64,000 bases of DNA from the IMG/VR virus record IMGVR_UViG_3300036792_000198, positions 1 through 64,000 of that record; one strand, 5' to 3'. Source of the stretch: a virus. A model generated the notes under the pieces. That model saw only the letters and a list, made by a program, of their open reading frames with translations. It was not told the origin of the DNA and did not search any database. Positions 31,942 through 40,898 of the stretch are shown one piece after another; the stretch's first letter is position 1, and each line of letters begins with the position of its first letter. The translations under genes and the position numbers were made by a program.

Positions 31942-32176
31942 CCCGCAGGTCGTCAACACCGACATCACCATGACATGGGACGGCGCGTCACAGCGCGTTG
32001 CCCGGGGCACGCTGATCGACGTCCCGGCCGGGTCGGCGCTGCAGACCGCGCTCGGCTCCGAGAACCTGACCGCGCTGCCAGCCGCGCGCCAGTCGTGCGA
32101 CATGGGGGTGTCCGTCGGCCCGTTCATGGAGAACACGACCGGCGGCGGCAACGAGCCGATGGCGTGGGCCCAGTGA
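31931..32176 (+). CDS. small protein (paralog set 2, member 3)
   Basis: Contains DITMTWD...GTLIDVPAGSALQTALGSENLTAL. Confidence 0.55.
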   Translation: MAANPQVVNTDITMTWDGASQRVARGTLIDVPAGSALQTALGSENLTALPAARQSCDMGVSVGPFMENTTGGGNEPMAWAQ

Positions 32177-32370
32177 CCGCCCCTGCGCCGGCGCAGCAGC
32201 CGGTCATCGTCGCCGGGGTGTCCCTGCGCCGCATCCTGCTTGTAATCGGGACCGTCCTGTTCGTAATCGCGGCGTTCGCAGCCGGGGGAGACCCGCTCGG
32301 CAACATCGGCGAGTGGTGCTGGGCGTTCGGCGCGTTCGCCGCCTGGATCCTGTCGGGGGCGGTCCCGTGA
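32173..32370 (+). CDS. small two-helix membrane protein
   Basis: GTGA overlap with the upstream stop. Contains ILLVIGTVLFVIAAFAAGG and WCWAFGAFAAWILSGAV. Confidence 0.5.
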   Translation: MTAPAPAQQPVIVAGVSLRRILLVIGTVLFVIAAFAAGGDPLGNIGEWCWAFGAFAAWILSGAVP

Positions 32371-32372
32371 CC

Positions 32373-32924
32373 ATGCCCGTAGCGTCCGGCACCCTGTACG
32401 CCAGCGTCGATGACCTGCGCCAGGCCATGTACGGCACCGACACCGGAACCGGCACGGCCGCGCAGCTGACCGACCAGCAGCTTCAGCTTGCCCTGTACGC
32501 CGGGTCGAACCGGGTGTCGGTGTACGCCGGCAACGTCTACGACGGGTCGACGAGCGCGGCGAGCCCCCCGGCGATCCTCCATGACCTGACCATTGACCTG
32601 GCCCGCTTCTGGGCGGACGTCACCTACCTGAAGCACAAGGCGATCGAGCCGACCAGCCCCGTGTACCTCGCGTACAAGGACGCGATGAGCATCCTCCAGG
32701 ACGTGCGGTCCGGGAAGATCCTCCTCGACCCCGCCCCGGCCCCCGGCATCGGCCAGGAAACCGGCGTGATCATCAACCGGATGCCGCCGGTGTTCACCGG
32801 CCGCGACTCCAACACGCGCATTGACCCGGTCACCGGGACGCTCGAAGCGGACGTGCCCTTCGACCAGTGGGCCCCCATGGGCGACGGGTCGATGCTGTCC
32901 GGCGGGCCGGTGTACCAGGGATGA
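32373..32924 (+). CDS. head-tail adaptor, DUF1320 / Mu gp36-like
   Basis: LYASVDDL...QLTDQQLQLAL......VYAGNVY......PPAILHDLTIDLARFW......YLAYKDAMSILQDVRSGKILL follows the DUF1320 pattern. Confidence 0.65.
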   Translation: MPVASGTLYASVDDLRQAMYGTDTGTGTAAQLTDQQLQLALYAGSNRVSVYAGNVYDGSTSAASPPAILHDLTIDLARFWADVTYLKHKAIEPTSPVYLAYKDAMSILQDVRSGKILLDPAPAPGIGQETGVIINRMPPVFTGRDSNTRIDPVTGTLEADVPFDQWAPMGDGSMLSGGPVYQG

Positions 32925-33445
32925 CCGGGACTTTCGCGGCCCGCATCGACGAGCTGCAGAAGCTGGTAGGCAGCGAGCGGCTGACCGCCTCCGTCACCGT
33001 CGACCAGGTGTACGCGCACTACCAGCACGAACGGCTGGAGCTGAGGCACCCGCGCGGCGGCAGCGCCAAGTACCTGGAGAAGCCGCTGATGGCCCGGTAC
33101 CGGGACTACCTCACTGACTTCGCCCGGACCGTCTTGTCTGATGGGGGCCGGCCGGCGATGCAGCGGGCCGCTGAGCACCTGTCTGACGAGCTGGAGCTGA
33201 CGGCGCCGCGTGAGTGGGGTGACCTGATGAAGTCGGGGCACCCGCAGGTGTCTGTCGGCGGGCACGTCACCTACGACCGGCCGCCGAAGGCCGCCCGGCT
33301 CACCGCGCAGGAACTGAAGGCCAAGAGCCAGGCGACGATGCGGATCCGGCTGGCTGAGGGCCTGACGGTGTACTTCATGCGGCACGGCAAGGTCATGGTC
33401 ATCCCCGGCAAGAACGAGCCGCACGCGCTGAGGGGGCGGCTCTGA
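32921..33445 (+). CDS. neck / head-closure candidate
   Basis: ATGA overlap with the upstream stop. The call rests on position after the adaptor. Confidence 0.5.
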   Translation: MTGTFAARIDELQKLVGSERLTASVTVDQVYAHYQHERLELRHPRGGSAKYLEKPLMARYRDYLTDFARTVLSDGGRPAMQRAAEHLSDELELTAPREWGDLMKSGHPQVSVGGHVTYDRPPKAARLTAQELKAKSQATMRIRLAEGLTVYFMRHGKVMVIPGKNEPHALRGRL

Positions 33446-33888
33446 TGCCTGTTGTCTACTCTCCTGGCGCACCCTCGGTCGCCAAGACGCAGCTGCTGAT
33501 CGACTTCATTATCGGCCTCGGCTGGGACGTTACGCAGGAATCGGGGTACCCGCTGCTGCCCGGCCCGGAAATCATCACCTCACCGGACCAGGAAGTCACG
33601 CTCACCCCGGCGGGCGGCCCCGGCTACGTGACCGAGGAAGCAGCGCTGGACGCCTGGGCTTTCCAGGCGCGGCTTCGCGGCCCCCAGGACAGCCCGGTGA
33701 CCGCTGAGCTGGCGGCGCAGCAGCTCGACTGGATGCTCCTCACCGCGCCGACACCGCAGCAGGTCGACGGGGTGACGATCGCGGTTATCACCCGGCTGGG
33801 GGCTCCGCCGACGGTGCTGCCGCTTGACCCGTCCGACCGGCGTACCGAGTTCACCTGCACTTACGTGATCACGACTGGAGCCGGCTGA
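33445..33888 (+). CDS. tail terminator / tail completion candidate
   Basis: TGATG overlap with the upstream stop. Positional assignment only. Confidence 0.45.
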   Translation: MPVVYSPGAPSVAKTQLLIDFIIGLGWDVTQESGYPLLPGPEIITSPDQEVTLTPAGGPGYVTEEAALDAWAFQARLRGPQDSPVTAELAAQQLDWMLLTAPTPQQVDGVTIAVITRLGAPPTVLPLDPSDRRTEFTCTYVITTGAG

Positions 33889-34229
33889 TGACTACGTACC
33901 AGTACAAGAGTTCAACTGCCGGAGCCAACTCGGACGGGATTGTCGACTATGACGACCTGATTGAGGGCCCAGGCGCCGATCTCGGCGGCTCAGCGCTGTA
34001 TCACATGAGCGGGTACCTCACCGTCGGCACTGCCGCTGACATCGAGGATTACGGTTCCTGGTCAACTACCTTCCCGTCATTCTGGCCAAATTTCGGCTGG
34101 CAGTCATTCCCGTTCTCCGGGTCATACGTAGAACCTGCACAGGAAAACGGCGATCGGCTGATGCACCTCTATTTCCGCGCCTATCCAGGCTGGGCTGGCG
34201 TCATTAATTTGTGGCGCTCGATTTCTTAG
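33888..34229 (+). CDS. low-GC hypothetical protein (moron-like), Trp/Tyr/Phe-rich
   Basis: Track ORF. It has visibly more A/T third positions than its neighbours (e.g. agttcaactgcc, attaatttgtgg). No family was recognised. Confidence 0.55.
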   Translation: MTTYQYKSSTAGANSDGIVDYDDLIEGPGADLGGSALYHMSGYLTVGTAADIEDYGSWSTTFPSFWPNFGWQSFPFSGSYVEPAQENGDRLMHLYFRAYPGWAGVINLWRSIS

Positions 34230-34243
34230 GGGGAGAGAGACGC

Positions 34244-34753
34244 ATGTCCGGAGGACTACTCACCACGCCGCTGACGCCGGTGAACTTCAACCAGTCGGCG
34301 CTCACCGGCACGTTCTGGGGTACCGGCGGCAGCGCCCCGTCGTCGAGCGGCATTGACCTGGCAGGCACGGGCGGAAGCGCCTTTGCCCAGGCGTGGAGCA
34401 CGACGTACAACGTGGTCCTGGTGCCCAACGCCTCCGGTAACACGATCCTCTGGTACTACTGCGGGGCCACGCCGGCGGGCATCGCGCAGGTGCTTGTCGG
34501 CGAGAACTGGGCCGGGCAGGTTCTGCCCGCTGGCACTGCGCAGACCATTGCCGCGAACTCCTCAGGGTGGTTCGGCGCGTATTCCCCCGCCACCTACAAC
34601 ATCAAGAACACGGCACTGGTTCAGTCGAACATTGCGGGTGCTCCCACAATCGCATCCTGGCCGAACGCCGCACTTGGCTGTTTCGCGGTGGCATTTACCA
34701 CGGTTACGAGCCTCTACGTACGCGCCTACACGTTCGCGGGCATCCAGCCGTAA
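34244..34753 (+). CDS. hypothetical structural protein (169 aa)
   Basis: ATG at 34244 with gggggagagag upstream, in the frame of track ORF 34211..34753. Confidence 0.55.
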   Translation: MSGGLLTTPLTPVNFNQSALTGTFWGTGGSAPSSSGIDLAGTGGSAFAQAWSTTYNVVLVPNASGNTILWYYCGATPAGIAQVLVGENWAGQVLPAGTAQTIAANSSGWFGAYSPATYNIKNTALVQSNIAGAPTIASWPNAALGCFAVAFTTVTSLYVRAYTFAGIQP

Positions 34754-34768
34754 GGGGGACCTGAGCCG

Positions 34769-35062
34769 ATGACCGAGCCAGCAGCAGAGGCACCGCAGCA
34801 GCCGGCGGGCGGGCGGAAGCAGAAGCCGCCGCCGACGCCGCAGGAACGCGTCGACCAGCTCCGCAGCCAGCTAGCGGAGGCGGAGGCGGAACTGCCCCGT
34901 GACCCGGACACCACGCTGGTCAGCGTCGAGCCGCCGATCACCACGTTCAGCTACGGCGGGATCGTGGTCGACACCTTCCCGCGTGCGGTGCCGAACAGCA
35001 GGATGACCGCGCTCACTAGGGCCGCCATGGAAGCCGGCGTGGCCCTGAAGACGGAGGGATGA
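34769..35062 (+). CDS. hypothetical protein (97 aa)
   Basis: Track ORF. Confidence 0.5.
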   Translation: MTEPAAEAPQQPAGGRKQKPPPTPQERVDQLRSQLAEAEAELPRDPDTTLVSVEPPITTFSYGGIVVDTFPRAVPNSRMTALTRAAMEAGVALKTEG

Positions 35063-35682
35063 CCGTGCCTGTCCTTACCTACTCCCCGCCCGCGTACACG
35101 GTCACGAACGTCCTGTACGGCGTCGGCATCCTGTTCGTGCAGAACCTGCCGTCCCCTGGTGTCGGCGCCACCGTGCCGTCGGACGCGAACCTGGGTGTCG
35201 GCACCGCGTGGGTGTCCGCCGGGTGGAGTTACATCGGCTCCACCGAGGCCGGCGTCACCGTCACCTACAACCCGACGGTGCAGAACATCTCGATTGAGGA
35301 GCAGCCGACGCCGGTCGGCGTGGCCGTCTCCACGGCGACGCTCCAGGTCACGACGAACCTGTCCGAGGAGACGCTGGCCAACGTCAACCTCGCCTGGGGC
35401 AACTCCGGGTCGATCGCCACGACGGCGGCCGGGGCCGGGCAGCCGGGCAAGAGCGTCCTCACCTTGTCGACGACGTTCCAGACGGTCAGCGCGGCGCTGA
35501 TCGGCCAGAACCAGGAGGGCTTCGCCCGGGTCCTCTACATCCCCGAGATCGTCTCCGCCGGGCAGGTGCAGACCGCGTACCGCAGGGCGGCGCAGCAGCG
35601 GCTTTACCCGCTGACCCTGTCGGCGATCTGCCCGTTCAACCAGATCACGTGGACGGACCTGACAGCCGTTGCCACCAGCTGA
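35059..35682 (+). CDS. major tail protein
   Basis: 207 aa beta-rich protein directly upstream of the chaperone pair and tape measure. ATGA overlap with the upstream stop. Confidence 0.7.
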   Translation: MTVPVLTYSPPAYTVTNVLYGVGILFVQNLPSPGVGATVPSDANLGVGTAWVSAGWSYIGSTEAGVTVTYNPTVQNISIEEQPTPVGVAVSTATLQVTTNLSEETLANVNLAWGNSGSIATTAAGAGQPGKSVLTLSTTFQTVSAALIGQNQEGFARVLYIPEIVSAGQVQTAYRRAAQQRLYPLTLSAICPFNQITWTDLTAVATS

Positions 35683-35779
35683 GGCCGTCCCCCTGTCCCT
35701 GGCAGCGGCGACCCTGCTGCTGCTCGCCGTCCGGCTGGTCATCACCAGCTGGATCCTCACCCGGAAAGGAGGAACGCGA

Positions 35780-36211
35780 TTGCCAGGATTCAACGCCGGC
35801 ACCGTTGTCGAGGCGCTGGAATGGGACTTCCGGCCTTACGTCAAGGCGACCGGCACGATCGCGGAGCCGACGGACGACCAGATCGCCAAGTTCCTCAACG
35901 ACCTCAAGGCGCTGTTCGAGTCGATCAAGGACAAGTTCCCCCAGGACGTCGACACCACCAGCATGGCCGAGGTCGCAGAGGCGTTCGACGACCTGGACGC
36001 GTCCGCTGTCGTTGACGCGCACAAGGACATGGCGGTGATCTTCTCCGCGCTGTGCTCCGGCAACCCGTCACCGGAGATGCTGCTGCTGCTGCCGATGCGG
36101 GTCCGCAGCATCTTCTACGGGTGGCTCCGGCAAGAGGTGATGTCCCCGGAAGTCGCCCCCGGCGCTGGGAACGCGCCGGTGACGACCCTGCGGTCCGCAG
36201 CCGCCGGGTAA
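35780..36211 (+). CDS. tail assembly chaperone (gpG-like)
   Basis: TTG at 35780 lies 8 nt after ggaaaggagg, in the frame of track ORF 35669..36211. The protein is acidic, as is typical of gpG. Confidence 0.6.
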   Translation: MPGFNAGTVVEALEWDFRPYVKATGTIAEPTDDQIAKFLNDLKALFESIKDKFPQDVDTTSMAEVAEAFDDLDASAVVDAHKDMAVIFSALCSGNPSPEMLLLLPMRVRSIFYGWLRQEVMSPEVAPGAGNAPVTTLRSAAAG

Positions 36212-36486
36212 TCCTCTACACCGTCCGGAAGTACCTGCACATCAGCCCGGACGAGTGGCACGCCCTGTCGTGGGACATCCGGGAGACCTACCTGGACGGC
36301 CTGGCCGAGGACCCGGAGGTCCCGTTCAGCGTCATCCAGTCGGCACCCGGCCCCCGGGCCGGCGCCCAGGCGCAGGGCAGCCCCGACTTCACGTACCGGG
36401 AGGTGAACAGCGGGGCGCAGGTCATCGACCTGCGGCAGATGATCGGCGAACTCGAAGGCAACCCGGAAGCCCGTAAGCAGCAGTGA
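36052..36486 (+). CDS. -1 frame extension of the tail assembly chaperone (gpGT-like)
   Basis: This ORF is in the -1 frame relative to 35780..36211 and overlaps its 3' 160 nt. It ends 15 nt before the tape measure. It has no convincing start of its own. I did not identify the slippery heptamer. Confidence 0.55.
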   Translation: MLRQPVTGDAAAAADAGPQHLLRVAPARGDVPGSRPRRWERAGDDPAVRSRRVILYTVRKYLHISPDEWHALSWDIRETYLDGLAEDPEVPFSVIQSAPGPRAGAQAQGSPDFTYREVNSGAQVIDLRQMIGELEGNPEARKQQ

Positions 36487-36500
36487 GGGGGCGGTGAGCG

Positions 36501-39500
36501 ATGACCTTTGACGCCGGCGCGATCGAGGCGCAGCTTACCGTTAACCCGGGCTCGTTCGACGCTGACCTCGACAAGGCGAAGGCGAAGGTCAAGGCGTTCG
36601 AGGAGGAGCGGCACGAGGTCAAGATCTCGGCCGTGTTCGACTCCTCGGACATCGGCAAGGCCCGGCAGCTGTTCGGGCAGCTGGACAACTCACTGTCCCG
36701 GGACGCGATGGACCGGCTGCGGTCCTCCCCGCAAGGGTCTGTCCTGGGCGCCCTGAACGCCCTGTTCTCCCCGCACCCGGTCACGGGGGCCCCTACGGCC
36801 TCTCAGGCCGGGCAGCAGGGCCTGCTCGGGCAGATGATCTCCGGGCAGGGCGGCGGCATCGGCAATACCCCCAACGAGGCCGGCCCCAGCCCCGGGACGG
36901 CGGTCCGGCAGGTTCTCACGGGGCAGAACCCGCAGGACACCACGACGACGGACCAGATCCGGCAGGAGCTGACCGGGCAGGGCGCGGAGAACACCACCAC
37001 CACCGACGAGATCCGCCAGCAGCTGGAGGGCCAGGGCCCGAAAGACACCACGACGACGGACTACATCAGGCAGGACGTCGAGGGAGCGGGGCCGAAGGAC
37101 ACCACCACCCGGGACACGGTCAAGGAGGAACTGGACCCGGCCGCCGCCGTGAAGACGGAGGCGGACGCGAAGGCCAGCGGGGACCGGGCCGGTAAAAGCT
37201 GGGGGTCCGCGTTCAGCTCCCGCCTGACGGACCTGTTCGGCGGCGGGGGAGGGGGCGGGGGCAGCGGCGGCGGGTCCAAGCTGCTGGGCCTGCTCGGGTT
37301 CGGCGGCGGCGGGGGCAGCGGCGGCGCGCTTGACTCCGGCCTGGCCGGCGGGATCCTCCCGGACATCCTCGGCGTCAGCACCAAGGTAACCGGCATCGTC
37401 GGCGCGATCGGCGCCGTCCTGGGCACCCTGCCGGCGCTGGCCGGGATCATCGGTACCGGCGCGGGCGTGGCCGTGGTCGGCGGCATGGTCGCCGGGGTGA
37501 TCGCCACCAGCCCGAAGCTGAAGGCGCAGTTCACCTCGCTGGGCGAGGAGGCCAAGGGGCTGCTTACCTCGACGAGCGGCCCGCTAGTTGACTCGCTGCA
37601 CAGCGCCCTGTCCACGGTGCCCGCGTTCCTGAAGTCACTCGCCCCGGAAATGGCAGGGATCTTCGCCGGGATCGCGCCGCAGATCGCGCCGATCTTCACG
37701 TCCCTTGAGGGACTGATCAAGGGGGTCCTCGGGGTAGCGCAGGCAGCGGTCCCCGCGTTCGCCCCGGTGATCGACGGGCTGCTGTCGCTCGTGTCCTCGA
37801 TCCTGCCCGGCATCCAGGTCGTGATCCGGGCCATGACGCCCTTCCTGTCACAATTCGCGGGGATCCTGACTACCCTGGGTACTCACCTAGGCCAGTTCTT
37901 CTCCGACGCCGCGCCCGCCATCGGCGCGTCCATGACCGTCCTCGGCGCCCTCCTCGACCTGGTCGGTGCGCTGCTGCCGATCCTGGTCAAGCTCGGCGGC
38001 GAGTTCGCTGAGCTGCTGGCCCCGGTGATCACCGAGTTCGGGGCGGCCCTGAAGTCACTGCTGCCGTTCTTCACCATCATCGGGCAGGTCATCGCCTCGT
38101 TCGCGCAGGCGGTCATCGGTGACCTGGTCTCCGCGTTCACCGCCGTGGCGGGGCTGCTCACGGCCATCGGGCCGGCGCTGACCGGGTTCGCAACCGCCCT
38201 TGAACAGGTGTTCAACGTACTGGAGAACACCGGCACCTTCGCCATCCTCGGTGACGCCCTGGAAGCCATCGTCACCCCGCTCGGCAAGGTGATCTCCGCT
38301 CTCCTGACCGGGCTGACCCCGCTGCTGCCGCCCATCATCACCTTCATCGGGCAGCTGTCCGGCATCATCGCTAACGGGCTCGCCTCGGCCATCCAGGCGC
38401 TGCTGCCGCCGCTGACCCAGCTCGCGACAGCGGCCCTGTCCGTGCTCGCCGCCGTCCTGCCCGTCATCCTGCCGCTCCTCACCCAGATGACCGGCCTGTT
38501 CACCGCCGCGCTCGTCGGCGTGGTCACCGGGCTCGCTGCGGCGCTGGACGCGCTGATCGGCGCGCTGCCGCCAGGGGTCCTGGACGCTATCGTCATCGCG
38601 GTCGCCGGCATCGCGGGCGGGATGAAGCTGTGGGCCCTCGCCCAGGCGGCCCTGGCAGGCAGCTCCGTCATCGACTACATTGCCGCGTTCGCGGAGGTCG
38701 CCGCCGAGGCAGGCGTCGGGGAGACGGCGATGGCGGCCGGGCTGGTGGCCCTGGAGGCGGTCAGTCCCGTTGTCTGGGCGGTCGCCGCCGCTGCGGCCGT
38801 CGGTGCCCTGGCCCTGGCGCTCGGGCACATCGTCGTGGCGTCCACGACGATCGTGGGGCAGTTCCAGGCGCAGCAGCAGCAGCTTGGCTACAACATCGGC
38901 GGCTACCTGCAGCTGTCCCAGGTGATCGAGAACGCGGCCGGCGGGTACGCGAAGTTCGCCCAGTCCAGCACGGACGCGGTACGCGGCGGGGCGGCCGGGG
39001 CGCAGCAGCTGTCCCAGCAGCTGTCCCAGCAGTCGGCGGCGGTGTACCAGGCTGCCCTGAACATGGCCTCCCGCCTTGACGACCTGTCCGGGAAGCTCGG
39101 CGTGTCGACGACGACGATCGAGCAGTGGGCGTCCGCCGCCGGAATCAGCGCCTCGAAGTTCTCCGGCGCCGGCGAGAACGTCGGGATGCTCACCCAGCAG
39201 ATCGTCGGGTTCGTCAACAAGAACGCCTCGGCGATCACCGCCACCTCGTCGCTGTCCACGAACGTCGCCATCTTCGGCAATGACGTGTTCAACACCACCA
39301 CCCAGCTGGATGCCTTCAACGGCATCTGGAACACGCTGGTCGGCAACCTGCTCAACAAGCAGATGGCGGTCACCCAGTCCGACGCCCAGTTCCAGAACCT
39401 GGCCGCCACCATCAAGCAGAACGGGGCGAACTCCACCGCGACCGCCCAGTCGTTCCAGGCGTACATCCAGCAGATCGGCAGCAGCGTGTCGACGCTGCTG

Positions 39501-40895
39501 AAGAACGGCTCGTCGATCGGCAGCGTCAACGGCTACCTGCAAACCCAGATCGACCACCTGAAGTCCCTCGGGCCGCTGAACAAGCAGCAGCAGGCTGACC
39601 TCAACGGCCTCATCTCGGTACAGACCACGCTCGCGAATTCCACGAAGGGCCTCACCGACAACCAGCTCACGTGGATACACCAGGCTGAGGGAAACATCAT
39701 CCCTGACCTGGTCAAGATGCACGCGGACACGCCGCTGGTCAACACCGACGTCAACAACCTGGCCAACGCCATCGCCCAGACCGGGTCCAAGTCGTCGGCG
39801 ACGGCCGCCGACCGGGCGCAGCTGATCAAGGATCTTGAGTCGGCGGGGGTCAACGCCAAGACCGCGACGAGTGACGTGAACGGGTGGATCACCTCTCTGT
39901 CCAAGGTCCCGAAGTCGGTCAGCTCGACAGTGGACGTCAACGCGACCGCGCAGGGCACCCTGAACGCGATCGCGCACCTGGCCGGGCAGAGCCCGACGTC
40001 GTCCAGCCTCGTCTTCACCGGCGGCGCCGCGTTCGGCGGGCTCGTACCCGGCCACGGCAACCCGAGGGCTGACGACAAGCTGGTCCTGGTCAGCTCCGGT
40101 GAGTTCGTCATGCAGGCCGACGCGGTCGACAAGTACGGGCTCGGCTTCATGGACGCCGTTAACGCGAAGAGGTACGCCAGCGGCGGGCCCATCAACCCGG
40201 CTGCCCCCGAGACCTGGGCGGTGAGCAGCGAGGACGCCTGGGCAACGGCGGTCAGCAAGGCGTTCATGAGCCAGTCCGCGTCGGCGTTCCAGTCGGCGCT
40301 CGCCGCCGTCGCGGCAGCGGCCAACGCGCAGTCGCTGCTGCACCCCACCGGCGCCGGGGCGTCCGTCCAGGCGCTGATGCAGTCCATGGCCGCCGCTGTC
40401 GGCTGGACCGGGGCCGAGTGGACCGCGCTCAACAACGTGGAGATGCGGGAGGCCGGCTACAACCTCACCGCGCAGAACCCGACGTCTGACGCGTACGGGC
40501 TTGCCCAGTTCATCCTGGGCCCCTCGGAGTACGCGCAGTACGGGGGCAACAGCACGACGGCGTCCGGCCAGATCACCGCGATGCTCAACTACATCCGCGA
40601 CACCTACGGCGACCCGATCGCGGCCTGGCAGCACGAACTCAACTACGGCTACTACGACGGCGGCGGCTACCTGCGGCCCGGCTACACCCTCGCCTACAAC
40701 GGCTCAGGCCAGCCGGAGCAGGTCATCCCGTACCAGCAGGCCGGCTCTGACGCGGCCCTGCTCGGCCGGCTGGACCGGCTGATCGACGTCACCGCGCAGG
40801 TTCCCGCCGGGGTCGGCAGGCACGTCGGGTCCGCGATCGGCGGGGCCGCACAGGACGCCTCGTTCCGGTCCAGGTTCCCCCGGGGCGGGGCGTAG
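36501..40895 (+). CDS. tape measure protein with C-terminal lytic-transglycosylase-like segment
   Basis: 1464 aa protein following the G/GT pair. It has long Ala/Leu/Gly hydrophobic stretches. The C-terminal DAYGLAQFILGPSEYAQYGG...ITAMLNYIRDTYGDPIAAWQHELNYGYYDGGG (about 40410..40670) resembles muralytic motifs of tape measure proteins. Confidence 0.9.
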   Translation: MTFDAGAIEAQLTVNPGSFDADLDKAKAKVKAFEEERHEVKISAVFDSSDIGKARQLFGQLDNSLSRDAMDRLRSSPQGSVLGALNALFSPHPVTGAPTASQAGQQGLLGQMISGQGGGIGNTPNEAGPSPGTAVRQVLTGQNPQDTTTTDQIRQELTGQGAENTTTTDEIRQQLEGQGPKDTTTTDYIRQDVEGAGPKDTTTRDTVKEELDPAAAVKTEADAKASGDRAGKSWGSAFSSRLTDLFGGGGGGGGSGGGSKLLGLLGFGGGGGSGGALDSGLAGGILPDILGVSTKVTGIVGAIGAVLGTLPALAGIIGTGAGVAVVGGMVAGVIATSPKLKAQFTSLGEEAKGLLTSTSGPLVDSLHSALSTVPAFLKSLAPEMAGIFAGIAPQIAPIFTSLEGLIKGVLGVAQAAVPAFAPVIDGLLSLVSSILPGIQVVIRAMTPFLSQFAGILTTLGTHLGQFFSDAAPAIGASMTVLGALLDLVGALLPILVKLGGEFAELLAPVITEFGAALKSLLPFFTIIGQVIASFAQAVIGDLVSAFTAVAGLLTAIGPALTGFATALEQVFNVLENTGTFAILGDALEAIVTPLGKVISALLTGLTPLLPPIITFIGQLSGIIANGLASAIQALLPPLTQLATAALSVLAAVLPVILPLLTQMTGLFTAALVGVVTGLAAALDALIGALPPGVLDAIVIAVAGIAGGMKLWALAQAALAGSSVIDYIAAFAEVAAEAGVGETAMAAGLVALEAVSPVVWAVAAAAAVGALALALGHIVVASTTIVGQFQAQQQQLGYNIGGYLQLSQVIENAAGGYAKFAQSSTDAVRGGAAGAQQLSQQLSQQSAAVYQAALNMASRLDDLSGKLGVSTTTIEQWASAAGISASKFSGAGENVGMLTQQIVGFVNKNASAITATSSLSTNVAIFGNDVFNTTTQLDAFNGIWNTLVGNLLNKQMAVTQSDAQFQNLAATIKQNGANSTATAQSFQAYIQQIGSSVSTLLKNGSSIGSVNGYLQTQIDHLKSLGPLNKQQQADLNGLISVQTTLANSTKGLTDNQLTWIHQAEGNIIPDLVKMHADTPLVNTDVNNLANAIAQTGSKSSATAADRAQLIKDLESAGVNAKTATSDVNGWITSLSKVPKSVSSTVDVNATAQGTLNAIAHLAGQSPTSSSLVFTGGAAFGGLVPGHGNPRADDKLVLVSSGEFVMQADAVDKYGLGFMDAVNAKRYASGGPINPAAPETWAVSSEDAWATAVSKAFMSQSASAFQSALAAVAAAANAQSLLHPTGAGASVQALMQSMAAAVGWTGAEWTALNNVEMREAGYNLTAQNPTSDAYGLAQFILGPSEYAQYGGNSTTASGQITAMLNYIRDTYGDPIAAWQHELNYGYYDGGGYLRPGYTLAYNGSGQPEQVIPYQQAGSDAALLGRLDRLIDVTAQVPAGVGRHVGSAIGGAAQDASFRSRFPRGGA
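36915..37130 (+). repeat. four in-frame 54 nt (18 aa) tandem repeats inside the tape measure gene
   Basis: LTGQNPQDTTTTDQIRQE / LTGQGAENTTTTDEIRQQ / LEGQGPKDTTTTDYIRQD / VEGAGPKDTTTRDTVKEE. Confidence 0.85.
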
Positions 40896-40898
40896 CCC

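Noticed and set aside
35669-35779. Upstream part of track ORF 35669..36211 (MPPAEAVPLSLAAATLLLL...) as the chaperone N-terminus.
   Set aside because: It overlaps the end of the major tail gene and has poor codon bias. A strong ggaaaggagg SD precedes the TTG at 35780 instead.
38055-40634. 859 aa minus-strand ORF antisense to the tape measure gene (plus 37061..37834, 37883..38671 and 39533..40435).
   Set aside because: Long open antisense frames are expected in GC-rich, stop-poor tape measure genes. The composition is Arg/Gly/Asp-rich and non-protein-like.
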